DNA from: Curvularia clavata | Lineage: Eukaryota | NCBI GenBank assembly: GCA_023920165.1 | Contig: CP089274.1 | Coordinates: forward strand, 4,526,001-4,590,000 | Direction of reading: 5' to 3' | DNA: 64,000 nt | Shown here: one piece after another, positions 21,307 through 32,645 of the stretch | Numbering within the stretch: the stretch's first letter is position 1 | How the letters are laid out: each line of letters opens with the position of its first letter | Position numbers and translations under genes: made by a program | Notes under the pieces: generated by a model | The model's database searches: none | Seen by the model: the letters and a program-made list of their open reading frames with translations, nothing else | Told to the model about the DNA's origin: nothing

Positions 21307-23322
21307 ATGGAGCGCAGTCGCACAATCCAGAGCGTCTACGACGACGACACACCCTTAATAACCTCCCCCGAAGCCACCAGCTACGACAGCGGCAACGTCG
21401 CCATGCACCCGATTTCCAGCTCACCCTTATACTCTCCACCCATGGTAACTTCCCCCGAGATTATCGAAACCAAGAGCGGAGCGTACGCAAAACTCAACAG
21501 CCCACCCCTAGATGTCGAAGACGGAATCCTATTCCCCAAACCGCGGGAACATGCCCACCACGCCAAACGCTTCGACCACAACGAAGCGCGGAAAACCCTC
21601 CTGAAAACCGGTGCTGGACGACTCCTCATCACACTCTTCTTCAGCGCCGCAATGTGCATCACGCTCAAAAGCTGGGAAGGGTTCCGACATCCCGTCGTGC
21701 TCTCGAAAATCGATGTTCGAATCTTCAACTCGATCACCATCGGTATTTCGCTGTGCTTGGGTCTCAACCTCCTTGCTTCACTGAAGCACTACGCCTCATT
21801 CTTCCGGTGGTCATTTCTCGCGCGGCGCTACGTCAGTCTGGAAGTATTCGATTTGATTCTGCACTTTAGCTCGCTGGCCAAAGTGACCAAACTGATGGTA
21901 ATTTCGATGCCGGGACTACGGGGCAGGAAATGGTTGCGGCGATTCCGATGGTTCAAAGATGTGCGAGACGACGGCACAAAATGGATGTGGCTTGCATGTC
22001 TCGTGTGGCTCTGCATTAACATTGGATCTCAGATTCTCGTTGCACTGCTCAGTCTCTTCTGGCCCATGAACAACTCTGCGATCCCGCTCTTTCTCCCCGG
22101 CAACGTCAGCGTCGCGAATTTGAATGCGTGGCATATTGATGAGAATCCACCGGAAGACGATATCAACAGTCTCGTGAACCAGACGTCGCTCGAAGCAGCA
22201 TGGACTTTCGGAACGGAAGCAATGGCATACCCGGTTTTCAATCTCAGCAACATCCAACTCGATCTCTCGGGCCTAGCAGGCACACCCATCTACGCCGAAA
22301 ACGGCGCGTATCACTATCGCTTCTTCAACCGCGACCCAGCACGCCCTTATACAAACTACCTCAGCAGCTCCCGCAACGTGACCGCCCGAGCAACCTGCGA
22401 GCGACTTGAAGTCGGCGACAACGGCACCGTATTCGATCCAGACGACGGTCCCCTATACGTCAACGCCCGCCGCCATGACGAACAAAACTGGACACAGTAT
22501 ACCATCCCCGAAGCAGCCGGCGGCTCTGTAACCTGGACCGCCGCCGTCCCCATGTACTGCGGACCGCGCTGTACAAACTTCACTGTGCTGCAGAACAAAG
22601 GCGATCGCGTCACCGAGACCTCCCTCTTCCTCTGCAACAGCACCTTAGGTCCCATCTCCTCCGTCGCTGCTGCTGCAAACGACATTACTGTTCACAGTGC
22701 CGCCGACGCAGCAGCCGTCTACGGCACTGACACCTTTGCGCGCATTGCCGCCGGTGCAATGGGCTGGACAGGTATACCGTGGAATTCGTGGCTGGATCGG
22801 CAATCCCGCTCGTACAGTCAAGGGTCGAAGTGGTCGCCTCCGTCCAATATGAACGCCTCCGCGGTTGAAGATCTGCTAATGCGGTTTACTATCGGTGCAG
22901 TTGCTGCGTTTGACGATCACGGTATCAAGTACAACGTTAGTCGGCAAAACGTCGTTCCCTCGCAGGGCCAGCAGCTCGATGTCGATTGGCCATACGTGCT
23001 GGGTATCCTGGGCGGCATCTGTCTGATTCAACTGCTGGCGCTGTGTCTGCTTGTGCTGTTTGCGAATAGGACGATTGTTCGTGATGATAGCTATTTTAGC
23101 ATGGCGATGCTGTTAAGGCCTGTGGTTATGAAGATAGGGGAGGGTGAGGGATTGAATATGAGTGGCGAGGAGATTAAAGAGCATAGAGCACTTAGGTGGA
23201 GGAGGATACGGTATGATTATATAGAGGGGAGTGAGGGAAGACCGAACCAAGTGACGATTTCCTGGGAGGGACGGGACAAGAGGGAGAGTAGAGGGAGTTG
23301 GGCAGCGGGGAGGTACAGTTGA
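21307..23322 (+). CDS. Uncharacterised fungal multi-pass membrane glycoprotein, about 671 aa
   Basis: Intronless ORF (first ATG 21307). Three or four N-terminal hydrophobic helices, a long loop with many N-x-S/T sites and Cys residues, and one C-terminal helix. Confidence 0.8.
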   Translation: MERSRTIQSVYDDDTPLITSPEATSYDSGNVAMHPISSSPLYSPPMVTSPEIIETKSGAYAKLNSPPLDVEDGILFPKPREHAHHAKRFDHNEARKTLLKTGAGRLLITLFFSAAMCITLKSWEGFRHPVVLSKIDVRIFNSITIGISLCLGLNLLASLKHYASFFRWSFLARRYVSLEVFDLILHFSSLAKVTKLMVISMPGLRGRKWLRRFRWFKDVRDDGTKWMWLACLVWLCINIGSQILVALLSLFWPMNNSAIPLFLPGNVSVANLNAWHIDENPPEDDINSLVNQTSLEAAWTFGTEAMAYPVFNLSNIQLDLSGLAGTPIYAENGAYHYRFFNRDPARPYTNYLSSSRNVTARATCERLEVGDNGTVFDPDDGPLYVNARRHDEQNWTQYTIPEAAGGSVTWTAAVPMYCGPRCTNFTVLQNKGDRVTETSLFLCNSTLGPISSVAAAANDITVHSAADAAAVYGTDTFARIAAGAMGWTGIPWNSWLDRQSRSYSQGSKWSPPSNMNASAVEDLLMRFTIGAVAAFDDHGIKYNVSRQNVVPSQGQQLDVDWPYVLGILGGICLIQLLALCLLVLFANRTIVRDDSYFSMAMLLRPVVMKIGEGEGLNMSGEEIKEHRALRWRRIRYDYIEGSEGRPNQVTISWEGRDKRESRGSWAAGRYS

Positions 23323-23395
23323 GTGTTTTTTTGCGAATTGATACGTATGATTTCCATGTAATTTATCGATTTTTTTCCTCTTCTTCTAAAGGATC

Positions 23396-24514
23396 TCAAG
23401 AACGACCTTTCTTCCCATCCAAATCCTTATAAAACTCCCAACCAAATCCCTCACTTGGATCATTAAATCTGACCTTCCTATCCAACCCTGCAATCCTCTC
23501 CACGTCCCCCTTTTCCAGCTCAAAATCCCCCTCTAGATTCTCCAAAATCCTCTCTGGCGTCTTACTCTTTGGAATCACACTTCTACCCTCGCTAATCCCC
23601 CACGCCAGCGCCACCTGCGCCCCAGATTTGTTATACTTTTTCCCAATCTCCTTTAGCACAGGGTCCTCAATCAGCTTCTCCATGTGCTTGCCAGCATCGT
23701 AGACAGCATTCTGGTTCCCAAATGGCGAGTACTGCGTCACGTGGATTCCTTTCTCCCGGTGGAAAGCAGCGAAAGAGCGCTGCTGTAGGTACGGGTGGCA
23801 TTCGTACTGGTGGACGGCAGGTACAAGCGAGGTATTTGCGAGCAGGCGCTCGAGTTCGGCGCGGCTGAAGTTGGATATGCCGATTGCACGCGCTTTTCCG
23901 CTTTTCACACAGGCTTCCATGGCGCGGTAGGTGGAGACGTAGTCGGTGTCGCCAGGTAGCGTTTTTCCTGAAGAATCTTTTGGGAAGAGGGACTGGCTCC
24001 GTGCGAAGGGAGAAGGCCAGTGCATGAGATATAAGTCGACGTATGAGGTGTCGAGGTCGCGCAGGGAGGCGTCGAGCGCGGATTCAACATCGTCTGGATG
24101 GTGCGAGTTATTCCAGAGCTTAGTAGTGATGAAGAGTGAGGAGCGCGGAACCCCGGATTTTTTGATGGCAGCGCCCACCGCGGGTTCGGTGCCGTAGACA
24201 CGGGCAGTATCGATATGACGGTAGCCAGCTTTGAGGGCAGTGGTTACGGCGCTGGTGGTTGTTAATAAGGTGTATATATACAAACAAAATCACGGTCGCT
24301 GGAAGTTGTTAGGAAAAGTCAAAACATACGGCTCCTGGGCCTCCTTGTCTTGCCATGTCCCGAACCCAAGTGCAGGAATATCTGCTCCTGTGTTGAGCTT
24401 AAACGTCGTGCCATTGTGGGCCATTCGGCGCTGCTGGGCTTGCACGTGTTGGGTCACTTGTGCGAGTCTGGTCGACGCATTGCGGAGTGAGCGAGCAGTG
24501 GTTGGGACATGCAT
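23396..24514 (-). CDS. Aldo/keto reductase (Gcy1/Ypr1-like); intron 24252-24329; starts at 24424 or 24514
   Basis: FKLNTGADIPALGFGTWQ, GYRHIDTA..YG.E, LFITTKLW, YVDLYLMHWP, IGISNF, ECHPY, YSPFG, VIPKS. Confidence 0.95.
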
Positions 24515-24922
24515 CTTGACCCCGGTGTTCTATGCGTACAATTGAGTAGTACAGCAACTCTGCTCTTGGGTGGGTGTGGGTGGACTCACGACATGAGACG
24601 AAAGCTGCATGTTCTGTCGTCATGACAGCGGCCCGTCCCACGATTGGATGATGATGTAACAGGGTCAGAGAGAACCATGACAGCATGGGTCCCCACGCCT
24701 CGAGTTGACATTTACAGCCAGTTACTAGACACATGCTCGTCACACATGCTCAAGACCTATAACCAGACTTTGGAAATAAAAATGCGGCATTGACCCTCAA
24801 TGTCACCATCACGTTCTCCACATGTCCTAGCACATGCTAGCCTTACACCCCAGGCCCAGAAAGCAACTCGACCCTGTATTGATTCCGCAAATTATAAATT
24901 ACTGTCACAGCTAATTACCCAA

Positions 24923-25947
24923 TTACTGAAAAACAAACCCGCTAACCACAAAGTCATTACCAAAATTCCAGTATGGCTGCGCTTCGAGCACCTCGTGGTC
25001 GCTATATACGCGCCCGCCGTGGACCAAGCGGATCTTGGTCGAAGGATCAAGCTGTGTAACTGTTAGCCAGTCGATTTGGTCATCATCAGAAGAATAAACA
25101 TACCTTTGCCTTGACCTTGACCTCCTCCACAATCTTGGCAACAACATCCTTCCTTTGAATCTGCACTAGCACGTCCCTTGAATCATGACTGGTCCTGATG
25201 CGCACACTGAAAATCTCACTAGGGGTATCATCCTGATTTGCCATTCCTGGCTCTACACTCGCGCTCCCATTCTGCTCCTCTTCTTCCTCTTCAACAATGC
25301 CCTCTGGCTCCACAACTACCCACTCGGGAACTTTATACTGCACGCCTGTAGCATCAAATACACCGCGCCAGACCAGTCCCGTTGGGCACGTACAGCCAGT
25401 GACGTCCAGCATCGTCTGTGCCTCCTGCATTTCACCTGCTTGGAGGTGCTGCGTCGCAAGGCGGATAGCACCCCATATCTCTTGCGAGCCCGTAACCTGC
25501 GTGTCCCACCAGTCCTGGCGCTCTTTCTCCAGGCGGGCGCGCGTCCATGTACGAGAGGTGGGATCCGTCAGGGGCTTTATGCGACTGCTGCTGCTAGCTG
25601 TAGTCTTGACAGCAGCAAGGGTATTTGGCAGACGGGAGCGCTGTGCAGGTTGAATGGGTTTCAGAGGCGTATTAGGGCGCTCGATGGCATCGGGACGGTT
25701 CCGCGACGACGATGAAGGAGGCGCATGGTGTGCCTGCGAGACGTGGGATGCGCGTGGCGAAGTGACAGAACTTGGTTGCGTCGATGGCGCCGTGATGTTG
25801 CGCGATGACGACGAATGCGCCCGTACTGCGTCTGCACCGTCGTCACTCTGGCGAGATGCGCAGCAACCCTAGAAAACTCTCAGATGGATACTATGGTAAT
25901 CGCGCAGACAAGACTCAGTGCCTCGCTGGCTGGTGCAATCGTACCAT
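24923..25947 (-). CDS. DC-UbP/UBTD-like ubiquitin-binding and ubiquitin-like domain protein with MGCC acylation motif; introns 25052-25103 and 25869-25944
   Basis: ATG-only first exon (ACCATG|GTACGA) spliced to GGT TGC TGC. WTRARLEKERQDWWDTQVTGSQEIWGAI, TCPTG....GVFD.TG..YKVPEWVV, C-terminal Ubl-like IRLVHGGR. Confidence 0.88.
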
Positions 25948-27018
25948 GGTGAATAAGTGCCCTTGCTACCCCTCAATCCGTGCCTGAGCAGGCATTCATT
26001 CGTACCATCTAGCAAGCAATGCACAGGAGCGAGGGAGTTTGCAGGTATCACTGCAGCAGCAACAATAGGTCTAGTGTGTGGAAATTAGACAATGGTCGCA
26101 TGCGCATATTGGCTCTCGAGCGAGAGAAGGTAAAGAGAGAGAGCTGGACTGGCCGAGGCTGTGCGAGGCTACAAGCAGGCGAGAATCGATCGAGGAAGCC
26201 AGCTGGGGTGATGCCACGGTCTTTCTGCCGTTTGCCCCGTGACGAAAAAGAACCTTGGACCTGCTTACCCCAAGACTTGCCATACGTGTATGTCGATGCA
26301 TAAGGGAGACGGCCCAGGCCGGCCGAATCGGCAGCATGTATAATAGTCTGCAAAGTGTGGTTGATACCCCTGGCCAACCAGTGTAAGTCGAAGTGGGCAG
26401 TTATGCACCGCCGATCGACGACGCGTACAGTCGCCTTTCTCGGCACGGCTGGGCGGCTCATGGCGTCACAAGACCACGACATCACGGCCAAGACAATGAG
26501 CAGCTTCACATGCAAATCAATCACGAATTAGAGCAAACGACAGTGTATTAGAGATTATTACGTCGATGTGTGCCCTAGTGGCCGCTTGTGTACACCTGAC
26601 AAGGCGGTACGCAGAGGGTATCCGGGGTATTGCGCGATAAAACAATTGCGACCAAAAAGCCAATGGTATCAAAAAGGAGAGAAACAGAGGAGTGGTATCA
26701 GTCTAAACAAGCAGTGGGCATGAAGCAAAGAACAGCCAAAATGGACGCCTCCAACATGTCAATGCCACACAGATGGTGATCCACGTGAAGGAGTGACGAG
26801 GAGTTGGTCCAGATGCAAAGAAATGTCAATAGGAGAGGGAATCAAAGAAAGATTGATCCGCATGCGATACCTCAAATCTAGTCAAAGACCAAGGTAAACA
26901 CATGCGGACGGGGTATCGGAGTTGGCCGTACGGTCAAACAAGGGATTTACGGTGTCTTTGCTTTTCCGTCATTCCATCGTGGCTGTCGTTGCAGAGGCTG
27001 ACATCTTCCCACCAAACT

Positions 27019-29145
27019 TTACGCAGTTGTAGCGACAGTCGGGTTGGCGCTTTTCGAAGCATCGCCCACACTGGTCTCAGCGGGGATCTCAGCGACGGGG
27101 GCAGCAGGAGCGGCAGTCTCCTCCTTCTTCTTCTCCTCCTCGGCAACGGGAGTGACGGCAGGGGCGGTCTCCTCCTCAACAACGGGAGCGGGGGCAGCAG
27201 CAGCCTCCTTCTTCTCCTTGGCCTGGTTCTTGTTACCAGCAGCCTTGCTCAGAGAGCGACCAAGGTTGCCAAAGAAGGACTTCCTCTTGTCCTGCTTGGG
27301 CTCCTCAGTGACCTCTGGCTTGGTCTCAGTGGCGGCCGGGGTGACCTCGGCGGTGGCCTCAGTGGCAGGGGCGGGAGCAGCAGCGTCCTCGATTTGAGGA
27401 GCAGCAGTCTCAGCCTTGGGCTCAGGGAGCTTCTCCTGGGCAGCGGGCGACTTGGCGCGGTCCTTGGAGCCGAAGAGCTTGCCGAAGCTGAAGTGCTCCT
27501 TCTCCTTGGAGGGGGTGCTGGTGGCAACGACGGGCTTGGTCTCGTCCTTGTTCAGCTCAGTAGCGGCAGCCTCGTTGGCGGAGGGAGCAGCAGCGGGAGT
27601 AGCCTCCTCAGCCGGCTTGGCAGCGTCGACAGCAGGAGTCTCGTTCTCCTTGACGGCGGGGGCAGCGGCAAGACCAGCCTCAGCCTCCTTCTTCTCGGTG
27701 GTAGGCGACTTGAGCTTCTCGACAAAGGTGCCGAAGATGGAGGCACGCTTGGTGGGCTTGGGCTTCTCGGGAGCAGCGGCCGCAGCGACGGGCTCCTCAG
27801 CCTTGGGTGCCTCCTCGACGGGGGCAGCGGCAGTGGCAGGAACAGCGGGCTCGGCAGTGGTCTGCTCGGCAGGCTTCACAACCTCGTTGGCGTCAACGGG
27901 AGCGGTGGTGGGGATCTCATCGAGGTGGGGAGCAGTAGCAGCGGGCTCCTCAGTCTTGGTCTCGGGCTCCTCCTTGACGGCCTCGCTCTCGGTCTTGTGC
28001 TCCTTGTCCTTCTTTCCGAGGAGTCCACCGAGAATGCTGGCGCGCTTTCCACGAGAAACGGAGCGAGACTTGCTCTTGGCCTTCTTTGCCTTGGCCTCGT
28101 CGGAAGAGGAGCTGGAAGAAGAGCCAGTGCGGGCTGGGGCAGCGGAAGCCTCGCCAGCAGCCTCTGCCTCAGCGAGCTTGGGGGCAGCGTCCATGCTCTT
28201 CTTGGGGGCGGCGGAAGCGCCCGCTAGCGCGGTGGGCTTGCCTGTGCAATGTTAGTGTTCTGCAGGTCAAACGGCTAGATCGCCCACTAGTGCCATCGCG
28301 TCGCGAAGGAAGCGAGAACACGACTCGTCACGTACCAATCTTCTCCTTTGCCTCCTTGTAGCCCTCGCTCGACTCGATGGTGTCCTTGGACGCCTTGGCC
28401 TCGGTGATGGCCTTCTCAACAGCAACAAACCAGCCGTCGCGCTCGGCCGTGGTCTGGGCCTCAAAAGCGTGCTTGTGGCCGGAGAGCTTGAAAGCAAAGG
28501 CGAGAGCGCCGTCCTTGGCCAGGTCGGTAGCGTAGGCCTGTGGATGTGTTAATTGCCGTGCGTGGGCGCATTTGTGGGCTGCAAAGACTTACCAGGTTGA
28601 GGACACCAGCGGGGTGCTCCTTCTTGTCGGCGTGCTTGACGAAGAAAAGAAGGCCCTTTCCAGTCTGGCTGGACCAGGCGACGGTGGGGTGAGCGACCTC
28701 GGGCTTCTCGCCGCGAAGGTACTCAGCGAGGTTCTCAGCAGCAACGGGCTCCTCGCCGAACCAGAAGTACTTCTTGGCGAAGCGGAAGGCGCTGTAACAA
28801 TGGTGGTTAGCATATTGTAGAGTGCTGGCAGATGCGGCTGGCAACTTACTTCTTCAGACCAGGCGCCTTGTAGCCAAGAGCACCGCTGTAGATGGGCTCG
28901 ACAACCTTTGCCTCCTCCTTGGGCTCCTCCTTGACAGCCTCCTCGGCCTTTGCCTCCTCCTTTGCCTCCTCAGCGGGGGCAGCGGCAGCAGCCTCGCCCT
29001 CAGCCTTGGGGGCAGCGTCGGTCTTGGGCTCCTCGACTGGGGCAACGGTGTTGTCGGCAGCCAGGACGGGGGCGGGGGCAGCCTCAGTGGTGCCAGCGAC
29101 CTCTGGCTGGGCGACGGTCTTTGGTTCCTCGACGGCGGCAGACAT
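27019..29145 (-). CDS. Meu6-like PH-domain protein with Ala/Glu/Lys/Pro-rich low-complexity flanks; introns 28242-28335, 28538-28592, 28792-28849
   Basis: G.LGYKAPGL..., KKYFWFG, VAWSSQTGKGLLFF, PAGVLNL|A, HAFEA...ERDGWFVA. All three introns keep frame. Strong codon bias. Confidence 0.85.
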
Positions 29146-32100
29146 GGTGTGCGTGTGTGTGTGGTGTAGAAAAAATGTCTAGGTCAAGGGGGTATAGGTG
29201 TGAAGGGATGAGGGGAAGAGAGGGCGTGATTGTTTTTGGTATTACAAAAGGCGTACAAAAGGGAAAGCAGGTACCAGGCTGTGAGTGCGCAGGGCAGACA
29301 GCAGGTTCGGGCCTTGAATAAGGGAGCGAACAGCGGTGTGGGAGGAAAGAAGGATAGGAAAAGTCGTGGGAGGGTTGGGGTGGGAGAACTTTAATGTGCA
29401 GAGCGGTGTTGCTAGGTAGGGGTCAGGGAGCAGGCGAGCAGGGGGGGCAGCCTGCGAAATTGGAAGTCGCGGCAGCACGTCCACTAGGCGGACCCGCCTG
29501 CACCTAGCCTGCCGAATCGCTCCCTTCACCAATGTTATGCAATGCTCACCCTCTGAAACAGCGCTGTGCACGCCGCCCACGACCGTCAGCGCCAGACGCC
29601 AGCATCTACCTACTACTACAGTACCGCATTCCCAGCGGATGCCCGGATAGGTGGGGTGACGGCCAGAGACAACGGGCGGCCAGAAGAGGGGGAGGGGCAT
29701 CTCGTCCTGTTGGGCCACACATGATAAGCTTGGGTGGCCAAACAACATGGGCGTACGCAGGTCGCATGATCCCGCTGCCCCTCCTCTCCAGCTTGCCTCG
29801 AGCAATGGGCCAACCGCCGCCGTCAGGTTTTTTTTGTATCGCTCACGAGACCAGGCTGAGCCTGCAACGAGCCTGATAGCCACTCCGGACTGGCGGGCGG
29901 CACTGCGCCGTTGCATCATACAGCACATGTCGTACTATGCCATGTACATGCAGAGACAGAGAGAAAGAGGTACACACAGGTACGCATAGTACACGGTACA
30001 TGAGCATTCACTCAGCACACAGCACACTCGCCATCACCAGCCACGTGCAACACCATGACAATCACATCACGCCCTCGACCGCTGCACAACTCGAACCTTG
30101 ACGCGCCATTGCCAAGCCACGTCTGCGCAACGCCGGCTCGATGCTTCTAGCAGCCAATCCCACGCATGCCGCCCTCGTCCAAGCGCTGATCCCCGTTTAC
30201 AAAAGCCCATAAAACACCCTGGCCGCCAAATTGGCTGCTCTGTCGACCAGGCCAGTGCTGCCGAACAAGAGGCTACCTGCCGCCGCCAACCATCCCAACT
30301 CAAGCACCAGCCCCTCTGACCTTGTCTTGACTCGACCCCCACTGCCACAGGTCAACCACTCGCCAGCCAGCGCGCCACACTGCTCTACTACCACTCACGC
30401 CTCTATATTGGCCCATCGTAATCGAGATTACCTGATTCAGGTCCCCGCACAGAAGCGGGTGCGCTGCAAAATTGCAAAAAATCATTTCTGACTCTTAGCA
30501 CCACATGTGTCCCCTTCGCACCCCCCTCTGATCAGCCCAAAACACCTGGCCCATGTGACTAGGGCCATGGTCCGGCTTATTTCATCCAAAGGGGCACCCA
30601 CTGCGACGTGCAAACTCTCGCTCGACCAGCACCAAATCAATTCCCGGATATTTGCCTGCGTGTCAGGAAAAGCACAACGGGTCGAGACTCTGCAATTCCC
30701 ACCATACATGCGTGATACTGCAAAAATCTGTCACCATGCATCCAGCCAATTTGGCATGATCTGCACTCGTCCTCCTTTCATCTTGCGGCTCACTCGCTCT
30801 CCCTCTGGCCCTCTCGGTGTCCCTCCTAATGGTCCCGTATCCGCGGCACGCACAGAGCACTCGATATCCTCCGCAATGGAGATCTTCCAGAAGCCAATAA
30901 TCTATAGCCCGTCAAGATACGCCCACCCTTATTTCCTGCCTCTGATCTGACCACATGTACCTGCCTCTCTTCACCGCCACACCTGCAGAAATGGTCCATG
31001 TCGTCGGGCGCAAATTTTTGGCGACAAGATGCCTTATGGTCTGCGCCGTGCAAGAGCCTCCCTGTTGTTTGACCCTCGCCATCCCCGCTATTACTTGTTC
31101 AACCTCCTGCATGCACGTTCTGCTGCCGCCGACGACGCCCGATCCATTGGTTCCATAGCACCTGAAACCATCGCATAATATGCCCATGGCAACACGAACC
31201 ATGCTTCGTTTTTTTTCTCCATTTCTTTTGCACACTCTGCCCCTGTGCGTCTAAAAACGTTATATTCACCCCCACACCCATTCCTTTTCCCCATCAACAT
31301 TCTGCACGTAACACAACGTCGCGACATCGTTGTCGTTGTCGTTGTCGTTATCGTCAACAGCAGCAGCATATCTCACGCTTATGCCGATACTAACTCCCGA
31401 GCACAAATAGACAGGTACCACATCTCGATCTTAGACATGAGGCCGCCGCCGCCAGCCAAACCTTGATGGATTGAGTTTTTGCGGCTCAAGTAACCCAAGC
31501 TAACTTATTGTGGATCCTTCCTACCCCTTCCCTCCGCTCTTACGCAGGGTCCCTGAGCCTAAACCAAACTAACATGTCAACCCAACCCTAGCTTCTTTTT
31601 TTCCTTGTTCTTGTTCTCTCCTGTTCGTGCATCGCTTCCATTGGCGAGCGCACGTGTGCGTCCGCATGCAAGGAGCCAAAGTGTTGCTGTGCAGACTGAT
31701 GACGGAACCTTGTGAAATTCGCGGTCGCAATACTTGACACGCGTGGCACTTACACTTTTGCGTCAGGCAAAGAACAAAACATTGTAGCGTGATGATGCTT
31801 CTTTCGCCCCGTGGGGTAAAACACCAAAACAAACTGCTGTGAAAAGCACCAAAGCTATCGACAAATTTGACTAACTTGTTTTTTGTTCCACTAGCCGGAT
31901 ATCCCAGACATCCGTTTGAAATAAAACGAGAAAAGACACTGCAACTCAAACAAGTGTCAAACACACATTACTACTACTACTATCACGAAACATCCCCTAT
32001 GTAAACTTACCCCACCTTAGACGCCTATAAATCTACTAAAATATTACAAACCCCCTAAAACACAGGTACCTGCCAGACAAAATAACCTAAATATCTATTC

Positions 32101-32645
32101 TTGGTTTTTGAAGTATCCACAGGAGCCTTTAAAGATGACAGATTAAACTAGGATTAATAGTTACTCGAGTATCTAGGTAGGCCATTGAAAGTATGGGCGT
32201 TTGAGGAAAATAATATAATTGTCGAGGGAAAGTATAAGGCGTTTCCAGGCCAAGCTTGTTTGATTTCTAGTCTAGCAACAGGTAAAGAAAGCGTAAAGAT
32301 GACAATAGTTTATTTGCGAGGTTTGAGACTTGACATAGCGTTGAAGCGTAAGCGTGCGATATTTTTTTACGGATAATATCTATCCGGCGCCACTGAGGCC
32401 CTAGGCAAGTATATGGTGGGATTTTAGCATGCGTGGAAGAAGCCTCGTGGTCATGAAGACAGTTAAACAACAGGCTAGAGGATTTATGTTGTTTCGCTGT
32501 TTGAAGCAGATGAAAAATGGTGGGGGATATTATGGAGTTGACGAGTAAGGGGCTTCAATTATACAGTAAAAGAAGGGGAATATTTCGTCATGCCCAAGTC
32601 ACGACTTCTCTTACTACCTACCCTCGGTCACCACCACACCATCTA

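Noticed and set aside
17795..24514. Extending the HDO cluster to the second methyltransferase, GST and AKR
   Set aside because: A conserved mitochondrial gene intervenes, and these are common stand-alone families. Nothing in the sequence links them to the pair.
26902..28255. 441-aa and 279-aa plus-strand ORFs
   Set aside because: Antisense shadows of the codon-biased low-complexity Meu6-like exon.
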